From NCBI GenBank assembly GCA_951406725.2, contig OX597821.1:82150001-82214000 (forward strand): 64,000 nt of DNA, written 5' to 3'. Below the pieces are notes generated by a model. It did not search any database. It had not been told where the DNA came from and saw only the letters and a list, made by a program, of their open reading frames with translations. The DNA is from Octopus vulgaris. Taxonomy: Eukaryota. A program made the translations under genes and the position numbers. Each line of letters begins with the position of its first letter. Position 1 is the stretch's first letter. This document shows positions 38,782 through 52,500 of this stretch, piece after piece.

Positions 38782-38790
<9 letters not shown>
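38566..38790. repeat. Foldback element between (TA)n tracts
   Basis: TTTCGGAATGGTCATTTTGCCAGTTTAGCCAATAA (38639-38673) is the exact reverse complement of 38743-38777. Confidence 0.85.
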
Positions 38791-38819
<29 letters not shown>

Positions 38820-38820
<1 letters not shown>

Positions 38821-39113
38821 ACTCACCTGTTGTTAGACGACATATGAGGGATTAACAATTTCTTATCAAACAACCACACAGATCATTTGTTTATAGTGAT
38901 CAAATGTTTGTGCTCACACAAGCTCACTCCCTCCATCAAATCGACATTACCTGTACAGGTGCAATGGGTGCCACATGTCAGATGATGAAATGATCACAGA
39001 GCAACGTGAAATGAAGTGCTTTGCTTAAGAGCACACTGCAATGCCCAGTCTGGGAATCGAACCCACGATCTCATGATTGTGAGTGCAACATTTAAACCAC
39101 TGAGCCATGCGCC

Positions 39114-39116
<3 letters not shown>
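38820..39116 (-). mobile_element. tRNA-headed SINE
   Basis: Minus strand has box A TGGCTCAGTGG and box B GGTTCGATTCC. Confidence 0.85.
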
Positions 39117-39147
<31 letters not shown>

Positions 39148-39149
39148 AC

Positions 39150-39625
39150 ATTGGGCCTCATGGAGGCAATGACAAATGACGAAGACCTTTGGTGATATGC
39201 CGTACTAGAGAACACCCATCAAGCCTAAGTGAAATTGTAGTTGTGGCCAATGCCATGTAACAGGCACCCACGCTGGTGGCACATAAAAAATCACCCATCA
39301 AACGTTGGGCTGCATAGAGGTGATAAGTGACCGACACCTTTGGTGATATGCCATGCTTAAAAAGACTCATAAATCCAAGTGGAATTGTAGCTGTGGCCAA
39401 TGCCAGTGTCACATAACTGGCACATGTGCTGGTGGCACATAAAAAGCATCCATTGCATTCTAGAAGTGGTTGGTGTTAGAAAGGGCATCCCACTGTAAAA
39501 ACCATGCCAAATCAGACTGGAACCTGGCACAGCTCTCAAGCTTACCAGTTCCAGTCAAACCAACTAATCCATGCCTGCATGGAAAACGGTTGCTAAATGA
39601 TGATGATGATAGCTATGCATACATA

Positions 39626-39677
<52 letters not shown>

Positions 39678-39980
39678 GTATGTATATATATGATCAATGA
39701 CATTTAAAAGCACCGTCCAGTCGACGGGTGATATGCCATGCTTGTGAAGATCTGTTGAACCAAGTAAAATTGATGCTATGGCTGATGCCAGTGCCACCTG
39801 ACTGGAACCCCTGCCACTGGCATGTAAAAAGCACCCACCACACTCTCGGAGTGGTTGGCATGAGGAAGGGCATCCAGGTGTAGAAAACTTACCAAATCAG
39901 ATTGGGGCCTGCTGCAGCCTCCTGTCTTACCAGTTTTGAGTCAAACCATCAAAACAGACATTAAACGATGATGACGATGA
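39150..39980 (+). mobile_element. RTE 3' ends plus RTE-tailed SINE segments
   Basis: LGLMEAMTNDEDLW*YAVLE RTE terminus, repeated GGCACATAAAAA units and (GAT)n tails. Confidence 0.75.
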
Positions 39981-41016
39981 TATATATATATCTATATGTA
40001 TAACATGTATGTATGTATGTATGTATGTGTGTGTGTGTGTACGTATGTGTGTGTGTGTGTCTATGTGTTGATTAATAGATAGATGGATGAAAATCTTATA
40101 TTCAGTCTTGTGCAAATACAAATCTTATGTATGGAAACAAAATGCCAAGCACACATAATATATACACACACACATCTATATATCATACAAACAACATTGA
40201 GAGCAGAAGTAGAAGTGAAGGTGTAAAGACAGCGAGTACGACATCTACTGTCACTGCCACCAACCATCTGCATCCCTGTCAGCACCATCATGTTACAACT
40301 ACTCTTCCCACCACCACCACCACCACCACCATTATAACTACTCTTCCCACCACCACCTTCACCACCATTGCTAATCATTTCATCGACACACTTAACAATG
40401 CCATAAATGTCTTGGTAAGAACTGTGCTGCCGTTGTTGTTGTTGTTGTTGTTGATGTTGCTGCCGCTTCCATAGTTGTTGTTGCTGCTACAGCATGTGTT
40501 ACTGCTGTTACTGTATATGTTGTTGATAATGGTTACTGTTGTTGTTACTGCTTTGTTACTGCATATGTTGTTGTTACTGTTGTTGTTGTTGTTGTTGTTG
40601 TTGTCACTGTACATGTTATTATTCTAGTTGTTGGTGTTGTTATTGCTGTTGCTGTTGTGTTTATTGCATATCTTTTATCTTTTACTTGTTTCAGCCATCG
40701 TGGTGCTCCAGCATGGTCGCATCCCATGCTGGAGCACCACTTTTGAAGGTTTAGTTGAATAAACTGGCCCCAGAACTTATTCCCAAGTCTGGTACATATT
40801 CTGTTGGTCTCTTTTGCCAGCATCAGTTGTCAAGTGATGGTGAGGAACAAACACTCAACACACACACACACACAACACAAGCACACACGTGCACATACAC
40901 ATAAACTCACACATACACGTGCACATGTACACAAACATGCACATACACACACACTCACATACAAACACACACAGACACATGCACCACACATTCACTCATG
41001 CATATGCACATGCATA

Positions 41017-41237
41017 CTCTTTACTCTTTACTCTTTTAATTGTTTCAGTCATTTGACTGCAGCCATGCTGGAGCACTGCCTTTAGTCGAGCAAATCAACC
41101 CCAGGACTTATTCTTTGTAAGCCTAGTACTTATTCTATCGGTCTCTTTTGCCGAACCGCTAAGTTATGGGGACGTAAACACACCAGCATCGGTCGTCAAG
41201 AGATGTTGGAGGGACAAACACAGACACATGAACATAA

Positions 41238-41283
<46 letters not shown>

Positions 41284-41972
41284 TAGCAGTATCGCCCGGC
41301 GTTGCTCGGGTTTGTAAGGGAAATAACTATATAAGCATTTTTAGAGAGTTACTTCCCTTATAGATGCCAATTCGGGCTTTCTTAGCCATTTCTGTTTTGG
41401 TGTCTTCAAGCCATGAAGTCGTTGTTCTAAAAGAACGCTGGTCTCCTTGACAACGCATTACGACGTTGATTTCTTTACACTCCTTTCCCCACAGCTTCAC
41501 AAGGGAGGGAAGAAGGGGGAGAAGCAAACACAGGTGCAGGTGTTTGAGTGTGGACGCCAACTCTGCCGCCATCGACACACGAAAAATTATGCATTAAAAT
41601 GGAATAAAAAATGATGTTAAATTATTTTTTAAATCGTAGACTCATCGTAGACGCATGCTAATTGCCAGACGGGCTCGATATTAATCACGACTATAAGATA
41701 CCCGAATTTGGTTAAACTGCACCGCAAAATGTGGGAGGAGTTAGGAATCTAAATCGTAGGAGATAGACACTCACACAACTACAGTTTTATATATATAGAT
41801 ATATATATATATACGACAGGCTTCTAGTTTCTGTCTACCAAATCCACTCACAAGGCTTTGGTCGGCCCGAGGCTATAGTAGAAGACACTTGCCCAAGGTG
41901 CCACGCAGTGGGACTGAACCCGGAACCATGGGGTTCGTAAGCAAGCTACTTACCACACAGCCACTCCTGCAC
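41017..41972 (-). mobile_element. SINE family A interrupted by a Helitron, itself nested in an older SINE (40670-42430)
   Basis: Tail half at 41017-41245 and head half at 41812-41972. Confidence 0.85.
41283..41799 (-). mobile_element. Non-autonomous Helitron
   Basis: Minus strand begins TCTATATATATAAAA and ends with hairpin CCCGAGCAACGCCGGG followed by CTAG; inserted between A and T with no TSD. Confidence 0.85.
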
Positions 41973-42719
41973 CTATATACACACACGTGCACATACATAT
42001 ACATACACCCACACATACAGGTGCACATGCACACAAACATACATGTACGTACACACAAGCACACACACAAGCACACATGCACTCGCACATCACACATACA
42101 CACATGCACACCAATATATACACACACACACGCACATACACATACCATGCACACTAATATATATACACACACACACATACACTCACCTGCACATGCACAT
42201 AAACACACACATAAACACAAATGCATACACACACATGCACACATACACTCACACATGCACACATACACATACACAATAGGCTTCCACACAATTTCCATCT
42301 ACCAAATTCACTCACAATGTATTAGTTAATTCAAGACGATATAAAGAAAGACACTCATCAAAGGTACCACGCAGTTGGATTGAACCCGAAACCACATAGC
42401 TGCAATATGAGCTTCTTAACCACACAGCCAAGCCTTTAGTTGACGCTGTTGCTAGGTTGTATGTGTTGTTGTTGATGTTGTTATTGTTGTTGTTATTGTT
42501 TCTTTTGGTGTTGTTTTCTTAACTTCAAATCAATCCTGACCAATCAATGAGAAAAGATTCCAACCATGACCATCACTGTCTTAAACAGTTAACATAGCCA
42601 TGACGACAGTATCCAAATTATCCTTATTTTCCTAGGGCAAGATTTGGGTTGCAGTTTCTAGCAGGTCATGTAGCTACAAAGACATTTGTCTTATTGTTAG
42701 TAGTAGTAGCTGCAGCTAT

Positions 42720-42761
42720 AGTGGTGGTGGTGGTGGTGGTGGTGGTGGTGGTAGTGGTAGT

Positions 42762-42811
<50 letters not shown>

Positions 42812-43250
42812 TGCTAGTGTTGTTTATCTGGCTACTGTCAGCCACTTAACATTGAGGGTACAGAAAAGCATGAAAATAATGATTCTGCTGATGGTGATGG
42901 TAGTGGTGATGGTGGTGGTAGCAGTGGGGGTAGTGGTGGTAGTGATAGTGGTAGTAGAAGTGGCAGTGGTGATGGTGGTGGTAGTGCCTGAAGTGGGATG
43001 GGGTGAGGATAGTGGGCGTAGTAGTAGATGTGGTGGTAGTAGTGGTGGAACTGATGGCAGTGGTAGTGGCTATAGTAGTGGTGGCTTTGATGGTAGTGAT
43101 GGTGGTGGCAGTAGTGGAGTAAGGATAATGATGATGATCATGATGATAGTAATAGTGGGTGATAGTGGGTAATATTAGTGGTGATAGTGATGATAGTGGT
43201 GGTGGTGGTGGTGGTGGTGGTAGTATGTGGTGATGACATGATGACAATAT
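42720..43250. repeat. Mosaic (GGT/AGT/GAT)n trinucleotide region; similar tracts at 19915-20120 and 40290-40660
   Basis: Seen directly. Confidence 0.9.
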
Positions 43251-43944
43251 AAGTGGTATGACATGGCTTATTATCTCTGCGTTATCTAATTCACTCCTTT
43301 ATTTTTTAAGAACAGTTTGACATGAGAAAGATGAAGCTGCTATTTCTAGCAGGTGAAGCAACCATATAGGAGCCCCTTCATTTAGTGAGTTTGCTGTTGT
43401 TGTCATTGTTGCTACTGTTCAGTCCTGACTAATCCCAATTGAACAAATTTATGATCAAAAGATATCCACAGGTGTTTCTTACCTATGCATATTTAGATTA
43501 ACTTTAACTTGGTTCTGTCTGATGTTCTAATTCATCAATCATTTACTCAATTGACAAACCAGTCAATTAATTAATCAATCAATAAACCAATCAATCAGTC
43601 AGTCTGTTAGTCAATCAATCAATCAATCAATCAATTACTCGAGCAATCATAGTGTGATTTTGAGCATTCATTTTTTTACATGTTCAATAAAATCAGTGTG
43701 TTGTTGTTGTTGCTGTTGTTGATATCATTTGGCCTGAAGTCAGCTCTGACTGAGCAAACCTATGATCAAAGACACGTTAAGCCTTACCGTCTGTCTCTCA
43801 GACATTTGTCGTCTAGGTTTACATTATCTAATGTGGTGTCTCTTCGTTTTCAAGACAATAAGCTGTGACATGAGGGAGATCAGGCTATGATTTCTAGCAA
43901 GTCAAACAACAATGTAACAGTTCCTTTGTTGAGCCAGGCTGTCA

Positions 43945-44260
43945 TTCATTGGCTTACAGTCGTGAGGTAGTGAGTTCGATTCCAAGACCAGGTTGTGTGT
44001 TGTGTACTTGAGCAAAACACTTTATTTAATGTTGCTCCAGTCCACTTAGCTGTGGAAATGAGTTGTGATGTCACAGGTGCTAAGCTGTATCAGCCTTTGC
44101 CTTTCCCTAAGATAACATTAGTGGCATGGAGAGGCAAGGGTGGTATACATGGGCAACTGCTGGTCTTCCTTAAACAACCTTGCCTGAACTCATGCCTCGG
44201 AGGGAAGCTTTCCAGGTGCAATCCCACGGTCATTCATAACTGAAGGGGGTCTTTACTCTT
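43945..44260 (+). mobile_element. tRNA-headed SINE
   Basis: Box B GAGTTCGATTCC followed by TTGAGCAAAACACTTTATTT. Confidence 0.7.
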
Positions 44261-44354
44261 TTTCTTTTACATTGGGGATCATTCAACGGGATATCTCAAT
44301 GTGATATAAACTATCAAATTAAACCTACTTAAGAGTTTTTTTTTTTGATCAATG

Positions 44355-44748
44355 TTGTGCCAGTGGCATGTAAAAAGCACCGTTTGAGCATGATCATTAC
44401 CAGCGTCACCTTACTGGCACTTGTGCTGGTGGAACGTGAACAATACATTCGAGCGATGTCGTTGCCAGTGCCACTGGACTGACTCCTGTGCAGGTGGCAT
44501 GTAAAAAACACCATTTGAGCGTGGCTGTTGCCAGAACCACCAGACTGGCCCTCGTGCCAATGGCACATAAAAGCACCCACTACACTCTTGGAGTGGTTGG
44601 CGTTAGGAAGTGCATCCAACTGTAGAAACTCTGACAGATCAGATTGGAATCTGGTGCAGCCATCTGGTTCGCCAGTCCTCAGTCAAATCGTCCAACCCAT
44701 GCCAGCATGGAAAGCAGATGTTAAACGACGATGATGATGATGATGATG
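44355..44748 (+). mobile_element. RTE-tailed SINE with internal tandem units
   Basis: Repeated GTGGCATGTAAAAA.CACC units followed by the family tail. Confidence 0.85.
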
Positions 44749-44899
44749 TTACAAAACAAAAAGAAAAAATATAACATATAAAGGAGCAGACATGGCTGTA
44801 CAATGAGGAAATTAAGAAGCTTGCTTTTCACTTTTTAGTCCCACTGTGCAACACCTTAAGTAAGTGTCTTCCATTACAGCCCCAAACTGATTATGAATG

Positions 44900-45160
44900 A
44901 ATTTGGTGGGTGGAAACTGTGGGACCAATTTTGTGCAAGCATGTTGGCATGCTGGCAAAATGCTGCTCCACTAAGTGAAAACCTTTGTCATTGTGGTTTT
45001 GCAGCATGGAGCAAAGCTGGCTTGTCATCCACTCAAGAAAACACGCAGCGAATGAACCACAAGCACTCAAGCAAACTGAGTCCTCAACTTGTTTCATTTG
45101 TCAAAAGGCATGCAAGGCATCAACAGACCTCAAGAGACACATGCATGTCCAGAGAATCCA
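44900..45160 (+). pseudogene. Degenerate tandem C2H2 fingers, probably a LINE tail inserted into a SINE
   Basis: LCHCGFAAWSKAG[frameshift]LVIHSRKH and TCFICQKACKASTDLKRHMHV; no TGEKP linker; lies between SINE A halves (44785-44890 and 45240-45450). Confidence 0.55.
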
Positions 45161-46862
45161 TCACACACACACACACACACACGTATATATGATGATGATG
45201 ATGATGATATATATACATATATGTGTGTGTGTGTGCGTGTGTGTCTATGTAGGTGTGTCAATGTGTTTGTCCGCTACTACTTGACAGCCAGTGTTGGTTT
45301 GTTTACATCTCTGTAACTTAGTGGTTCAGCCATAGTGACTGATAGAATAAGTGCCAGACTTTAAAAAACAAGTACTGAGGTTGATTTGTTCAAATAAATT
45401 CTTTGAGGAAAATTCTCAGCATGAAAGAAATAAAAGACAGAAAGATAAAAGAGACGATAAAATATGATTAAAAAGAATAAACAAAAACAAAAGTTAAAAG
45501 CAAGACAAAATTTTTTAAAAAGTATATTTGGAATGACTGTCATAGAAACCAGCTGTTCTTTATTTTAATCTGTTTTCAGATTAGAAATATAGAAATAAAA
45601 TAAAACAAAAAGTAAAAAATGATGAAATTAAAGAGAAATAATAAAAAGTAGGAATTATTCAATCTAATGATATCCCAGTCGCAAATAATAGTTGATGATT
45701 CTCACCAAAATACAGATTTCTGTGAGAGATTAACTCTATGTTTGGGTATACAGATATAGCGGTGTGGTTAAAAAATTTACCTTGTAGATATCTAGTTTTA
45801 GATTTGTTCTTACCAGTGGCTGGTGGTGGTTGTTGTGTTGGGTATGCTGCCACACCCAATGCCACCGAATTTCAAGCAGGGGTATAACAAAGGTTTTCCA
45901 TTAAGATTTGTGATCAAATTAATGAGTGAGGTTAATATTTATAAAGAATTTGCCATTTTTGATGGCAAACACACCTAACACATCTGGAATATGTGCCCCT
46001 GGTTCTTAGTATATGGCATATTGGATAAGTATCTCCTGCCTTAATCTCTTTTCTACAAAATCCTTGAGTGAAACTTACAGGAATGGAAACTTTATGTGAG
46101 AGCTGATCAAATAGACAAATAGACTGTGCCTCGCTTTGAGTGACTTAGCAACACTAATGAGGCCTTGAGCAATTTTTTTTCCGTTTTTCTTTTTCAGTTA
46201 CACTGTAACATGTTTTTGCTAGGTTTCCAGTCAGAGGATAATTCCACCCACCCATCTAAGTCTGAGATTCCCTAAAAAGGGTCGATCATAAGAGCTATAC
46301 TGGATGGAAGCCACTGACAATTGATATTAGTTCAATCCTATAGTGTCTATGGAAAAAAAAGAGCAACAAAATCATTTAAAATGGTTTTGTTTAGACACAA
46401 ATGTGTCTAGCGATTAGAAGTTGTAATCAAATGTGTGAATGTGTGAGTGTGTGTGTGTGCACTTGCATCTATGGGCATGTGCATGTTGAAAAGTGAAAGA
46501 GAATATGAGAGTAAGTATGAATGTGTGTGTATATAGAAATAGATATAGATAGATGTGCGTGTGTGTGTGTTTAAATATGTAAGTTTGTATGCAACTAAAT
46601 GTATATATTATCAGTGTTAATAGTGAGATGCCCGAGTCTTTTTCATTTTTTGTTTCATTTTCTCTTCCTCTACCGTATGCACATATACTTGATTACACAC
46701 ACACACACACACACAGAGTCAAATTAAACAAACGTACAATCACACAATGTTGCACTGACAGACTTGAACTATTAATAAATGTACCATATGCTACATACAC
46801 ATGTCACATATATGTATGCATATAATATATGTGTATGTTTATACATGTATATGTGTGTGCAT

Positions 46863-48175
46863 TAGAGTGGCCCTTATTTTTCAACTTTCCAAACGTTTAG
46901 ATCCCACCCCACTATCTTGTTCCAATTAACAAAAAAAAACAATCTATGCAAAATTTTAGCTCAGTTGAACAACAGCAAAGTGATCCTCATCAACCATAAA
47001 ATTTGGAAGTTTTTGTTCAGAAAGTCATATTTTTTTTCAGATAAAAAGTTTTTACTCTTATATGATTTTCTCTTAAATTAAAAACTTGTTCAGACTTATT
47101 CTTGGTAATAGAAGGATAAGTGACAATAAATATAATTGGGAAAGCATCTTGCAAAGCTGGGGACAGAGCGCAGGTATAGGGCAAAAAACCTATTTTTTGC
47201 CCTCATCTAGTCAGCTGCCAGCCATGAGTGAGTGAGGTTGTGAGTTGCGTTTGTTCATTGAAAGAATTGTACTGCACCTAATGGTAGTGTTGAGAAAGAA
47301 AATATTAAGAAATATACTTTAGTGATAAACAGTGAACTAATATGACTTGTCCACATTTATAAATGTAAGTTAATTTGTTTGTAATAACTTGTAAGCACTC
47401 ATTCATTTTGTAGTGGTGCATTATGATATAGATCTTCCCCTGTTGTGTTGGTAGCCCTGGCATGGTTGTAATACCATGTTTATAACCTCTCCATTTTTAT
47501 AATATTGTGTGCTTTGTATAATTATTATCAATGCTTTAGAACAAAATTTAGAGAAGCAGGACAGCACAAATACAGCACAAATTTAACCTAAACAACTGGT
47601 AAGAATTAGTGTTGCCCTGGGATGGAAAGCTGCTCCCAGCACTCACAGGCATTGAAAAGGTTGGTAGACTGGCAATAATAGTAACTTTTCAAGGCAAGGA
47701 GCAATTGTTGAGAGTTCCTGAAATTCCAATATCTTCAGGAGAACAGCAAGCAGTGGAGAAGTGTGGTATAACCAACAAAATTCAGGCTCTTTGCTGTGAC
47801 ACAACAGCAAGCAATGCAGGTCAAGTGAATGGTGCCAGTACAAATCTAGAAAAGTTGTTTCAAATCAGTTATTGGTAAATTTGATTTGGAATGTTTTTAA
47901 ACATCTGTTGGGGTTGCCTGGATGTGTCCACATAAATTTCTCTAAGAATAAAATAGAAAATGGTGGAGAAAGGGAACAACATACCGCTTTTGAAAAGAAT
48001 TAATCATTGGGTATACTATGTTCCAACTTCAAAGAATTTGAGGATCACCTAGAAGTTGAATGATTAAGCTGAAATTTTGCATACCCTGTTATTTTGTTTA
48101 TTGGAACAGGATTAGGGGGTGGGAGCAGCAAAATTATAACTTTTAAAAAATTACTTGTTGCTAAGGGCCACTCTA
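46863..48175 (+). mobile_element. Internally deleted hAT-superfamily (hATm-like) DNA transposon
   Basis: Perfect 14-bp TIRs TAGAGTGGCCCTTA / TAAGGGCCACTCTA; flanks gtgtgcat / gtatacat (6 of 8 match, TSD-like); transposase piece WDGKLLP..EQLL.VP..ALCCDTTASN (47609-47878). Confidence 0.85.
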
Positions 48176-48519
48176 GTATACATACATACATGCATATATA
48201 CATGCATATATACATGCATATATACATGCATACATGCATACATACTACTCAACCTTTTCTTGCAGCTGAGTATGATTTGGTAACAGCATGCACATGTCTT
48301 CATTTCTGCTTGAGATACTTGTTTAGTCAGGAGCAGACCCAGGCATTTCACAAGACTCAAGCATTTCAACCAGAGAAATTACCAAGACATGACAGCCTGA
48401 GGGACAGGACAGGGGACTGCACCACACCACTTTGCCATTCATGTTATGCATGTTACGTATATACATGTATATATGTGTGTGTATGTGAGTGTAAATATAT
48501 ATATATATGAATATATTAT

Positions 48520-48870
48520 TATTTTACATGTTTCAGTCATTTAACTGCGGCCATGCTGGAGCACCACCTTAAAGAGTTTTAGTCAGAGAAATCAACCCCA
48601 GGACTTATTGTTTATAAGCCTAGCACTTATTCTCTTTTGCCGAACCACTAAGTTACAGGGACATAAGCACACCAGCATCTGTTGTCAAACGATAGTAGGA
48701 GGACAAACACAGACACAAAGACACACACATAAATACACACACACACACATATATGACAGGCTTCTTTCAGTTTCCTTCTACCAAATCCACTCACAAGGCT
48801 TTCATCAGCCTGAGACTATAATAGAAGACACTTACCCATGGTACCAAGCAGTGGGACTGAACCTGGGACT
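48520..48870 (-). mobile_element. SINE family A
   Basis: Family motifs. Confidence 0.85.
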
Positions 48871-49399
48871 ATTAAGTCAATCAGATTTATAGACCAACAA
48901 ATGACATATTTATTGAAATGAAAGTAAATTTCATTTTCAGTTGTATGTCACATTCAAGGAAAATACCCATACATCTGGCTTTGCACCTCCAGTCAAACCA
49001 TCCAACCCATACCAGCATGGAAAACGTAAGTTAAATGATGATGATGATGATGATAACATTGTAATTCTTAAAGATGATTTAATGACCTCTTAGAAGAGAG
49101 AGATAGAGGAGAGGCTATCATAGCTCATTCTCAATGGTAAAGTTGAGAGATACTGAGACACTGGATCAGGATTCTACTAATTTTATGTAAAGTATGATCT
49201 CTGCTGAACGAAAACATTAATCATGAGTTGATACACACAAAAACCTGGACATCTCTGCAAATAAGATTTCATTTGAGCAATGATAAAAAAATTGCTCAAG
49301 ACTTGCATGTATTCAAAAGAGCAAACATTAGTTTGGAATAGTAAATGGTAAAGGCTGTTATTGAGGTAAAACTTCAATTTTCTTTTTTAATCTGAAAAC

Positions 49400-50038
49400 A
49401 AAAAATACTTTTGATTTTAGCAAACTTAATGAAAGTGATATGAGAGAAGTGTATCAGCTTGACCTCACGAATCAATATGTCGCATTAAATACAGAAACAG
49501 ATATAGATCAGTAGTAGAGTTAAATTCAAAGACATTACATGTCAGACAGCTAGAAATCAAATTGGAAGACAGACAGGAAAACGTAGTGAGTCGTAGATAT
49601 ATCAACAGAGACATGGGATGTTATGGATAAGTGATGAGAATAGACAGCCGTGATACTACAAGACACTAAAGAGAAGTGTAAAGCACTGGACAAGAACATT
49701 ACAGCAACAATAAAAGTGGGTTGAAGGCCAGACAGAAATAAGAGGAAGTGCTGATATGAAACATGATTCGAAGATCATTTACAGTAATCAAGTGACTGAC
49801 AGGACATGGATGCAGCAATGGAAGGGTGACTGTCTAAAAAGAGAAGAGGACAAGAATAAAAGATGTGTGGAACATTTTAAAAAAGTGCTAAAGCAACCTG
49901 AACCTGATGAGTTTTTACATGTGATTGTTTGTACGAATGATCTTGACATAAATATTGACAAAATTACATTGGATGAAGTTTGGATTAATTCGAAAAATAA
50001 CAAAGATGCAGGTTCACATGAAATTGCTGGTGATCTTA
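49400..50038 (+). mobile_element. RTE LINE internal remnant (pre-RT region)
   Basis: KRCVEHFKKVLKQPEP..LDINIDKITLDEV..NNKDAGSHEIAG. Confidence 0.65.
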
Positions 50039-50946
50039 GGGAAGGTGCATTGTTTAGTGGTTAGGGTATTTGGTTCATGATCTTAAGGCCATGGGTTCAA
50101 TTCTTCGTGGTGTGTTGTGTCCTTGAGCAAGACACTTTATTTTACATTGCTCCTGTCCACTCAGCTGGCAAAAATGAGAAGTATCTGTTTTTCAAAGGAC
50201 CAACCTTGTCAAACTGTGTCATGTTGAATTTCCCTGAGAGCTATGTTAAGGGTGTGTATGTATGTCAAGTGGTCATCCACTAACACATTAACTTTAAGAG
50301 CTAGCAGTTCTGGTAAATGGATCAACTGGAACCCTTGTCATCATAACTGATGGAATGCCAGTTTACTAGTGTACTTGTTAGATACCGAGGACCACAAGGT
50401 CTAGTCCTTGTTTCAGTGTAATGGCTTATGTGACTCAATGACAGTGAGAGCTATGTCAACAGAGTACAGACTCCTGTTAGGGGCTCCCGTGTGGGGGAAA
50501 GGTCAAAGAGTAGAGGCCAGCTTAATATGAACTGCCTCTTCCAAGAGGTAAAATTGGGTTTGCGTAGGGCCCAACACTCCTACATAGAAAAAAGAAAAGT
50601 TACAGAAACATTGATGGCAATTCAGTACCAATAAAACCTGGAGGAGGAAAGAACCCCACCCCCATCAACACAAGATTAGAGGAGGGAAATTATCAATGGT
50701 TTATGTTCCATAGGAAGTGAAGGGTTTAAGTAAGTACAAGAGGCACTGACATATTGTTAATGTGATATATATGACAGAATGAAAGAAAAAGGGCGGGAAA
50801 TAAGAATGGATACAAAAGTGGAGAGCAAGAGGGAGAGGGAGAAGATGAAGAGAGAGAGAGAGCAAGAGGGAGAAGATGAAGAGAGACAGAGAGAGCAAGA
50901 GGGAGAGTGAAATAAATAAATAAGAAGGAAGAGAAGAAAGAAAAAC

Positions 50947-50986
<40 letters not shown>

Positions 50987-51639
50987 TAGAGAGGCAAGGA
51001 TGTGTGCATGTGAACAGCTTGAGAATGAATACTTAAAATATGATGATGAGTAGCAGAGTTTGGGAAAGATCAGAAATTAAGGAGGAGAAGCCACCAATTG
51101 GCGGCTTCTGAAAAGAATAAAAGATGCAATGCAAGAAGATATATAATTAAGTAGCAGTGAACATATTTAATATAGCATCAAAAATACCTAATTTGAAATA
51201 CTTATGCAGTGAAGATAGGAAAACATTAACCCAGGCATTCATAGTACTGCAATCATTTCAGGAGGCATAGGATATAACTCTAGACATGTTTCAGTCAAAT
51301 TGGATCTTTTCAGCAAAGCATGCATGTCCCCCTACTTTATTGAAGTGGTGACAAGAGAATCAGTGAGAAGGATTATAACATTGCAACCTGAATAAGTGTG
51401 GAAAAATTGATGTTTTAATGTTTTAGAAGATATATAGTCAGGTAGTAGAAAATTTGTTTCATACACACACACACACACACACATGTACACACACACATAT
51501 ATAAGTGTATGTGTGTGTGTTGTATCTCTGTGTGTCTTTATATGTTTTCTGAAAACAATTGTTAAAATGCAGAAAAATGAGACGATTCTACTTCATTTAA
51601 TTTCTATATCATCTCTATAAAACAGATTGGAATGAGCAG

Positions 51640-52500
51640 TCAGTATTCAAACGATTGCTGTCCAGACAGCTGAAGACAAAGCGGCTGAGTGTGAGGAATT
51701 TTTGAACACAAATTTACAATGGAAAACAAACGAAGAACCACAAAGCAAGATATTTATGAATAAAAGTTCTAAAAATCAAACATGGCTTCAAGCACCCTGA
51801 CAAATGATTCTCATTGGAATGGTTTTTGCAATAGGAAGTATTCCAAACCAAACCAAACTGAATATTACAATTTTCAGAAGATAGCAGAAGCTGGAAATAA
51901 AAATTTGTCTTTATAAGTTTCTTAGTATCAAATAACATCAGCTAGTAGCAGAATTTCAGGTTTTGCAGCTGAACATCAAGCTGATTGTAAAATTAACTTC
52001 TTGGTAAAAAGACTGATATTCTGAGAGATTGCTTCAGAATTCTTGTATAAATACAAGAGAAGAGCTAGTAAGAATTGGTGAATCAATGGGACGTCTCTTG
52101 AACAAATAATATTCACCAGCAGTGACCTTAGAATAAACACATGACAAAAGAGACTGCTACGATGTTACTATCAAACCTACAGATGACGCCTCAAAATGGC
52201 GCATGGTTCTCCGCTGTTGCTGTTTCTGATGATTTAAAAAAAGAAAATTGTGTTCATCGGGAAGACATATTTATTTTATTCTATTCATTTTATTTTTATT
52301 TGCTTCTTTGCTTTGAAGGGTGGATACATATGAATTCATAATGAATATCTTGGAATTTCTAACCAAAATGCCAACTACTGGCAGAGATAGAGATATACAA
52401 GATAAAATCTGTTTGATGATTACATACATAATTCATTGCCCAAATTGGTACTGGCACCAGAAACTATTTTAAGCTGACAGTTTTCTGCAGTTAAGTCATC
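51640..52500 (+). mobile_element. Possible ancient hAT (Charlie-like) transposase fossil
   Basis: Only faint motif remnants (EPQ.., ..PTTGRD); no usable ORF. Confidence 0.25.

Noticed and set aside
39040-39116. tRNA gene
   Set aside because: Pol III boxes continue into a SINE body; no complete cloverleaf or terminator
42846-43247. His/Thr-rich or Gly/Ser-rich protein
   Set aside because: Mosaic trinucleotide repeat with no splice or start support
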